From: Paraspadella gotoi
Lineage: Eukaryota; Animalia; Chaetognatha
Direction of reading: 5' to 3'
NCBI GenBank assembly: GCA_051294375.1
Contig: CM119266.1
Location: 21,031,987-21,095,986, forward strand
DNA length: 64,000 bases
Position numbers and translations under genes: made by a program. The notes beneath the pieces were generated by a model. That model did not search any database and was not told where the DNA came from. It was given only the letters and a program-made list of their open reading frames with translations. Positions 57,759 through 64,000 of this stretch are shown piece by piece. Position 1 is the first letter of the stretch. Every line of letters begins with the position of its first letter.

Positions 57759-58514
57759 GAGAGAGAGAGAGAAGAGAGAGAGAAACAGGCGGAAGACTCC
57801 ACAAAATACCCACCATGGTGGAAAAAAAAAAAGGAAAATAGAAAAAAAAACAAAAGCCTCTCGACAACAGCAACAACAACGACGACCGAAAGGGGTGAAA
57901 GAATACGGCGAGGATAAAAATCGAAGGGAGGAGGAGAAGGAGGAGGAAGAAGAAGAGGAAGGGGAGGAGGAGGGATCGTTATAAATCTTGAGCGATTCTG
58001 ACAAAACTAATACTTGGCAAACTGGTGCGGGGATCAGTTTTAACTGGCGTCGTTTGCGACCGTGGAATTGATGAAAAGGATTTGGGTGGAATCGATGGTT
58101 ATGCCTTTTGGAGGACGTCCTCTGAAGGGAGGCGAAGGGGGGGGGCGGTGGGGGGGGAACGGAGGAAGGAGAGGAAAGGGAGGAAAGAGGAAAAGTTTAA
58201 AAAAAATAGAAAAAAGAATGAAAAAGAACGAATTGGTGCGGTTGAGGGAATCCGACGGATGGGAACCACCTCTGATTCCCCGTAAATTTTTGACATTATT
58301 GACAGAAGTTCTTAATTGTACCCCGTAGCCATGGGCATTTTTTATTCTTTTAAACAAATTTTAAAATAGCATTCAAACAAGTAAAATAATAGTTTAATTA
58401 TTTCGGTCTTTTGAAACAATCGATGATGATAATCTCTTAAAAACTTTATACCAAACAAATTCGATTGTTTCCCGCCATTTCTTAATCAACACCCTCGTCT
58501 CAACACACTCACCG

Positions 58515-58653
58515 GTCGTTCTGGCTCGATAGCGAGGCCCTGTGATATTTTCCGTCATCCACCCTACTAAGCTCTTATAGTGTAGTCGTTCTGGCTCGAT
58601 AGCGAGGCCCTGTGATATTTTCCGTCATCCACCCTACTAAGCTCTTATAGTGT
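58515..58653. repeat. exact 69-bp tandem duplication (period 70)
   Basis: gtcgttctggctcgatagcgaggccc...ctactaagctcttatagtgt at 58515-58583 and 58585-58653. Confidence 0.95.
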
Positions 58654-59053
58654 CACCATCACTCCTGACACTCAACTTTATGATTTAACTCCACCCCACC
58701 GATTTTGAAAACTCCCTCAACTCTCGACGTATCACCCCTATTCGCCCTCTTCACTCCCAACCGCCTCGATCACTCTCCCTCGCCCACGTCAACTCTCCAA
58801 CAGGCCCCGTGTAGACAAGTGTCCACATTTGGCCATGATTTAGAGTCCCTCGGGGTCATTCGGCGTCACCCCGCGTCGACGTAGACGTCATCATAACGAC
58901 AGGCGACGACGACGACGACGACGATGACGACGTCATAACTCATGATTTCCGGCGCGCCGCGGAGAGCGAGAGCGGCGTCGACGGGGACGACGATCGTTGC
59001 CCCAAAACCTCTGCCAACGAAATCGCATAAACTCTCTCTCTCTCTTCCCGCGT

Positions 59054-59121
<68 letters not shown>

Positions 59122-59450
59122 ATATTTTTTTTGTTTTATTTTGTTTGAATGAGGGCAAAAAACGAGATGCTAGGGCGGAGCGCCGGATGAGGGCAGCGAA
59201 ATTTAAAAAAAAAAAAATGGGGAAAAAATACTATTATGGAGGCTTTTTTCTTTTTCTTTTTTTTTTTTCTTTTTCTTTTTTTCTTTTTCTTTTTCGCCGA
59301 AGACCTTTCACGCCGGCGTATTTTCAATTTTCAAAAACTGAGCATTTTTTCCCGCTCACTTTCGCGACAAATCACAACGAACTGTTTACGAAACTTAAGG
59401 AAACGTTTTCACTTAAGCCCTTCGACCGGGAGAGGAGAGATAATGAAGAT

Positions 59451-59583
59451 CCACCCAATCAGCGCCACCCAATCAGCGCCACCTAATCAATTCCACCCAA
59501 TCAAGTTACCTCACGTGAATTGACGTCTCGTGACGTCACTCTTCGTCCCGAACGGAATCGCGAGAATCCGTGATCACGTGATC
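59451..59583. promoter_or_regulatory. promoter-like cluster: tandem CCAAT boxes, E-boxes and a CRE
   Basis: ccacccaatc x3 plus ccacctaatc at 14-bp spacing (59451-59503); TCACGTGA at 59511 and 59574; TGACGTCA at 59531. Confidence 0.5.
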
Positions 59584-61518
59584 TCGGGGTCCAATTTCAT
59601 AAGCGAAATGGACTGGAAAGCGGGAAGGAAGGGAAGAACGGGAATGAGTTGCGTGGAAATCCAACTGCATCCGGGGAGAGACGGCGTTTCTCATATTGAG
59701 GAATGAATTCTACGTCCGGATGTAGTCGAATCTTTACGAGCCGAGGCTTTGGCAGAGATAAAAGCAAGAGGAAAGAAGCAAGGCAAGCAAAGCACGCATA
59801 GAAATATTCTAAATAAATAAATAAATAAATAAATAAATATGAAGTAGAAAAATAAAAAAATAAACAATTCTTTAAAACGTTACATTACGTTTACGAGTTA
59901 CAATTGTTTACAATACATAAAAGTCAAGTAAAGAAGAAAAGAGAGATAATTGAAAAGCCCTGCACTGATGATCGGAAACGATTCCAGCTTCCAATCCCCA
60001 TTGCCCCATATATACCCGCATTTATCCGCGTATTAGTCTCGGCGTCGCGAGAGACGCCTTATCTTTTCTCCTCTTCTTCGTACGTAATTTATTGTCACAT
60101 ATTTCGATAGCGCGCCTTCCGACGCCAGCTCCCTCTTCGCCCGTTTCCGCCTTGCCTTCAATTGACCGCCGGTCGCCAAGGGCGGTCGCTAAAGGCGGTC
60201 GCTAGGGTGAATACGCAATGTCGTCGTCAAGGACGAATATCGTCTGTTGTCAAGGTGGAAGAGAGAGAGAGAGAGTGGGGTTGAGGGATGGAGAGTTATA
60301 GAGAGGGAGTCGGAAAAGGATGGGGCGGCGAGATAGAAAAAAGAACAATAACTGCTCATGAAAAATTATAGCTGGGAGAAAGGGTCGGGCGCGGTAATCG
60401 TGCTGACCATCTCGAGCGAGGTCGAGCGGACGGCAATTAGTTCTCGGAGCGTGATATATCATTGGTCCGTTTTACGTAACGCGTAAGTCATTGGTGGAAA
60501 CTAGAGACAAGGTCCTCGAGCGACGATTGGCTAAGAAGAAATCGGGAGTCTCTGATTGGTCTCAAAAAGGAGAGGATAAAATTTGGAGGAGAGAAGAGAG
60601 AGAGATTGAGGAGGAGAGAGTCTAGNNNNNNNNNNNNNNNNNNNNNNNNNNNNNNNNNNNNNNNNNNNNNNNNNNNNNNNNNNNNNNNNNNNNNNNNNNN
60701 NNNNNNNNNNNNNNNNNNNNNNNNNNNNNNNNNNNNNNNNNNNNNNNNNNNNNNNNNNNNNNNNNNNNNNNNNNNNNNNNNNNNNNNNNNNNNNNNNNNN
60801 NNNNNNNNNNNNNNNNNNNNNNNNNNNNNNNNNNNNNNNNNNNNNNNNNNNNNNNNNNNNNNNNNNNNNNNNNNNNNNNNNNNNNNNNNNNNNNNNNNNN
60901 NNNNNNNNNNNNNNNNNNNNNNNNNNNNNNNNNNNNNNNNNNNNNNNNNNNNNNNNNNNNNNNNNNNNNNNNNNNNNNNNNNNNNNNNNNNNNNNNNNNN
61001 NNNNNNNNNNNNNNNNNNNNNNNNNNNNNNNNNNNNNNNNNNNNNNNNNNNNNNNNNNNNNNNNNNNNCGATTTGAATCCGAAATCGAATTCCATGATTT
61101 AATTTTTTTTTCGTTCAAATTTTATTTGTTCAAAATAGTATAATGTTAAGAGTTAATGTGTTACGCTTGGTGTGCGTTCTTCACGACATAATGCGGAAAA
61201 GCAAGATTCATCGGCACCAACAGAAAAGGGTCGTTAATCGTTGACGCTTTGGCAAGAAGCCACTCGAATGCGAAAATCACCAGGTAGTCCCTACGCCCCC
61301 CTCCAGCGTCTTCAGGAAAGGCGAGATATTTTTTCTCCAAATGATAAACGTTTGTCAATATTTTCGTGTTTTTTTTTCTTAAGGAAAATAAAAAGAAAGA
61401 AGTGACGCATCGAGATTCTTGTCGATGACGTCGACGACAAAAGAACAACGCGAGATCGAGGGGCGAAGCAGATTCGGATGAAAAATTATCCCTCATTCAA
61501 GCTTTATTGAATCGCGGG

Positions 61519-61549
<31 letters not shown>

Positions 61550-62053
61550 NNNNNNNNNNNNNNNNNNNNNNNNNNNNNNNNNNNNNNNNNNNNNNNNNNN
61601 NNNNNNNNNNNNNNNNNNNNNNNNNNNNNNNNNNNNNNNNNNNNNNNNNNNNNNNNNNNNNNNNNNNNNNNNNNNNNNNNNNNNNNNNNNNNNNNNNNNN
61701 NNNNNNNNNNNNNNNNNNNNNNNNAACAGACGCACACAAGATAAGCGACGGCGTCTGTGAAAGAATATGAAAAGAAAAACATAAATCATCTTCTGACGAA
61801 AGAAAAGGATTTTTTGAAGAAAAAAAATTGGTCGATGCGAGTGAGAAGTTTTGCCCCATCGCCTCCACATCGCTTCCCCATCGCTTCCACCTCGCTTCCA
61901 ACGTTTCCGCCTAGCTTTTCCGTCTCTCCCTCACCATCCTCAAATCGACCCTGACTCGCCTCCTATAATCTATCCCCTTTGAGATTCTTTACCAANNNNN
62001 NNNNNTTACTTGTTTCTGTAATATCAGAAAATTGATAAACGAGACTGTGAGAT

Positions 62054-62206
62054 AGTCTTGATTGAAAGCTTGCTGGAACCTGCTATGTCATTATCTTGTA
62101 AGAGTGACGGAGGCCTTAAACCACCAAAGCCTGTCCAAAGTCAGGGGCAACATAGCTCGTTTATTAAATGAATGGATAACTTTTATATTGGTTGTACCAA
62201 TTTCAT
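62054..62206 (+). mobile_element. family A dispersed repeat, uninterrupted (empty-site version)
   Basis: agtcttgattgaaagcttgctggaacctgctatgtcattatcttgtaagagtgacgg...ttggttgtaccaatttcat. Confidence 0.8.
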
Positions 62207-63216
62207 AATCATAATTTAAAGTAATAACTTTTGTTAAAGAAAACCATTTTAAATTCAGTACTTTATATTTATAATCATATTCTTAATAACATCTTAACTT
62301 TCTGGCAATTTCCTTTCCCTCAACATCCCTTCAGAATCAACCCCCCGCTCCGCTCCCCCTCTCTCCCCCAATTCCTTTGTCCTCTCTTCTTCCTCCCCCC
62401 CTCCACCCGCCCCCCTTTTTTTTTTCAGAAGATTCACACCAATTTCCCGCGTTTTGGTGGTGGTAGGGTGGGATGGTGAAATGGTGAGCGACGAGCGGTG
62501 AACGNNNNNNNNNNNNNNNNNNNNNNNNNCGTCGTTCGTCTCACCTTCGAATGATTTAAACCTCTTCACCGTGACTCGCGCCTATTGATCTTTTTTTTTT
62601 CGCGGGTCCACCAGCCACTTCACCATCACCGACCGCTTTTCCGCTTCGTCACCCATCCCTGCTCCTTACCCTTACCCCCCTATTTTTTGTCGCACGTATG
62701 AAGCGTTCCACCGCTCGTCGCTCACACATTTTCACCATCCCCACCCTACCCACCGACCAAAACGCGGGAAATTGGGTGTGAATCTTCTGAAAAAAAAAAA
62801 GGGGGGCGGGTTGAGGGGGGGACGGAAGAAGAGAGAAAGGAATTTGGGGGAGTAGAGGGGGAGCGTTGAGCGCGGGGTTGATTCTGAAGGGATGTTGAGG
62901 GAAAGGAAATTGCCAGAAAGTTCAAGATGTTATTAAGGAGATATGTTATAAATATAAAGTACTGAATTTAAATGGTTTTCTTTAACAAAGTTATTGACTT
63001 TTAAATTATGATTATGAAATTGGTACAACCAATTAAAAGTTATCCATTCATTTAATAAACGAGCTATGGTGCCCCTGACTTTGGACAGGTTTTGGTTGGT
63101 TTAAGGCTCCGTCACTCTTACAAGATAATGACACTAGCGGATAAGGAAAGGATATTGATATTAGGATTAAGTGCGCTATCTGTTGGGTCTTGAAGATGAC
63201 TGTCCGTAACTTCTAT

Positions 63217-63310
63217 AACCCCCTCTAGCAGCTCAATGGGATTTCTGTGTGTTCCTGGGCTTGAACCAGCTTGAGGGTTTGGCCATTGCACCCAAGGCCG
63301 GCTTACGGCC
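63217..63310 (-). ncRNA. twister-ribozyme-like motif (type P1 order), unit 1
   Basis: Minus strand: GGCCG UAA GCCG GC CUUGGGU..ACCCUCAAG CUGG UUCAAGC CCAG ... CUGC UA GA GGG GGUU. Confidence 0.4.
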
Positions 63311-63335
63311 GTCCTCACGCTTCCCGCAGGGTAGG

Positions 63336-63408
63336 TACCGGGTTTCGGGATTGAACCCGGTACTAGTGGTCATGAGCTGATGGCTTTACTGCAATGAGCC
63401 ACCGGGTA
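63336..63408 (-). ncRNA. tRNA-derived (pseudo-tRNA) segment with Pol III A and B boxes, unit 1
   Basis: Minus strand: TACCCGG TGGCTCATTGCAGTAAAGC CATCAG CTCATGA CCACTAGTA CCGGGTTCAATCCCG AAA CCCGGTA. A-box TGGCTCA.TG; B-box GGTTCAATCCC; near-complete acceptor stem. The anticodon stem pairs poorly (loop CT-CAT-GA), so this is not a functional tRNA. Confidence 0.7.
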
Positions 63409-63646
63409 CAACTGAAAGTGTTATGGATTCTAGGCAGGGTGAACGTAGGCAATGCCCGACTACATGCCCCCAGATTGTAACCCCACCCTGCACTGCCTTT
63501 CCAGTTTGGAGGGAGGGGAAGCAATCTTCAGCTAGACCAAGGCCTGGAATCAGAAGGTTGGAATACACGGTTCAACAGGAATGGGCTCACGCAGTGTGGA
63601 TAAGGCAGCTAACGTGGGCTGAAGATGACTGTCTGTAACTTCTATA

Positions 63647-63734
63647 AACCCCCCTCTAGCAGCCATGGAAATGGGTCCCTTGGGCTTGGAACAAGGCTTG
63701 AGGGTTTGCCATGCCCCAAGGCCCGCTTACGGCC
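63647..63734 (-). ncRNA. twister-ribozyme-like motif (type P1 order), unit 2
   Basis: Minus strand: GGCCG UAA GCGG(P2) GC(T2) CUUGGGG..CCCUCAAG(P3) CCUUG UUCCAAGC CCAAGG(P4/L4) GAC CCAU-UUCC-AUGG(P5) CUGC(P2') UA GA GGG(T1) GGGUU(P1'). Confidence 0.45.
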
Positions 63735-63757
63735 GTCCTCACGCTTCCCGCAGGGTA

Positions 63758-63824
63758 GTACGGTTTGGGATTGAACGCGGTCCTAGTGTCATAGCTGATG
63801 CTTTACTCAATAAGCCACCGGGTC
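63758..63824 (-). ncRNA. tRNA-derived segment, unit 2
   Basis: Minus strand GACCCGGTGGCTTATTGAGTAAAGC...GCGTTCAATCCC, homologous to unit 1. Confidence 0.65.
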
Positions 63825-64000
63825 ACAACTGAAAGTGTCATGAATTCTAGGCAGGGTGAACCTAGGCAATGCCCGACTACAGTTCCAGCAAGCTTTCAAT
63901 CAAGACTATCTCACAGTCTCGTTTAAATCAATTTTCTGATATACAGAAACAAGTAATCTTGTAACATTGGTAAAGATCTCAAAGGGGATAGGATTATAGG

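Larger units (their letters stand above)
63141..63881 (-). mobile_element. non-autonomous retroelement-like insertion: ~1.7 tandem ~425-nt units, each with a tRNA-like segment and a twister-like fold, plus a TATCC-like 3' tail
   Basis: Splits a family A copy (63014-63140 | 63882-63908). Internal direct repeat: gaagatgactgtc at 63192 and 63621; gcccgactaca at 63454 and 63871. On the minus strand the 3' end reads cttaatcctaatatcaatatcctttccttat. Confidence 0.75.
61962..64000. repeat. inverted duplication (61962-62504 vs 62704-64000, continuing past the window) around a 25-N gap; two versions of one locus
   Basis: The arms are reverse complements and the left arm ends at N25 62505-62529. The right arm supplies exactly 10 nt (tgttacaaga) for the 10-N gap at 61996-62005. 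The right arm carries a ~740-bp insertion that the left arm lacks. Confidence 0.9.

Noticed and set aside
63295-63335. HDV-like ribozyme suggested by GGCCGGC...TCCTCACG
   Set aside because: I could not build P3, P1' or P2; the segment is better explained as the antisense of the twister-like 5' part.
63336-63408. Functional tRNA-Met(CAT) gene
   Set aside because: The anticodon stem does not pair, the second copy differs in the loop, there is no T-run terminator, and it is embedded in a repeat unit; treated as tRNA-derived.
63619-63645. Hammerhead core CTGAAGA-TGACTGTC on the plus strand
   Set aside because: Followed by GTAA rather than GAAA in both copies, and no stems I/III.

Overview
This is non-prokaryotic, microsatellite-rich animal (probably invertebrate) genomic DNA from a gapped, long-read-patched assembly, with many N gaps, several exactly 25 N long. 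The only gene I can recognise is a spalt/Sall transcription factor on the minus strand. Three phase-1-linked exons (~14469-14311, ~12412/12536-11369, 11049-10258) encode the N-terminal C2HC finger, the NVTLE..NTKVA.AQF motif, the Q-rich oligomerisation helix and the LEMLQ motif. The MSRRKQ first exon and the C2H2 double-finger exons are not visible. The ~50 kb upstream is gene-desert-like, with motif-rich islands, mini- and microsatellites and a short dispersed repeat. Three large duplications abut 25-N gaps (inverted at 18.6-23.3 kb, tandem at 32.3-43.6 kb, inverted at 62-64 kb) and are most likely assembly artefacts. The most interesting element is a ~740-bp insertion at 63141-63881, absent from the mirrored copy of the same locus. 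It consists of ~1.7 tandem ~425-nt units, each with a tRNA-derived Pol III promoter followed by a twister-ribozyme-like fold, ending in a TATCC-like tail: a candidate twister-bearing retrozyme/SINE. Nearly all ORFs in the supplied track are low-complexity or gap artefacts. All calls were made by eye; no searches were run.
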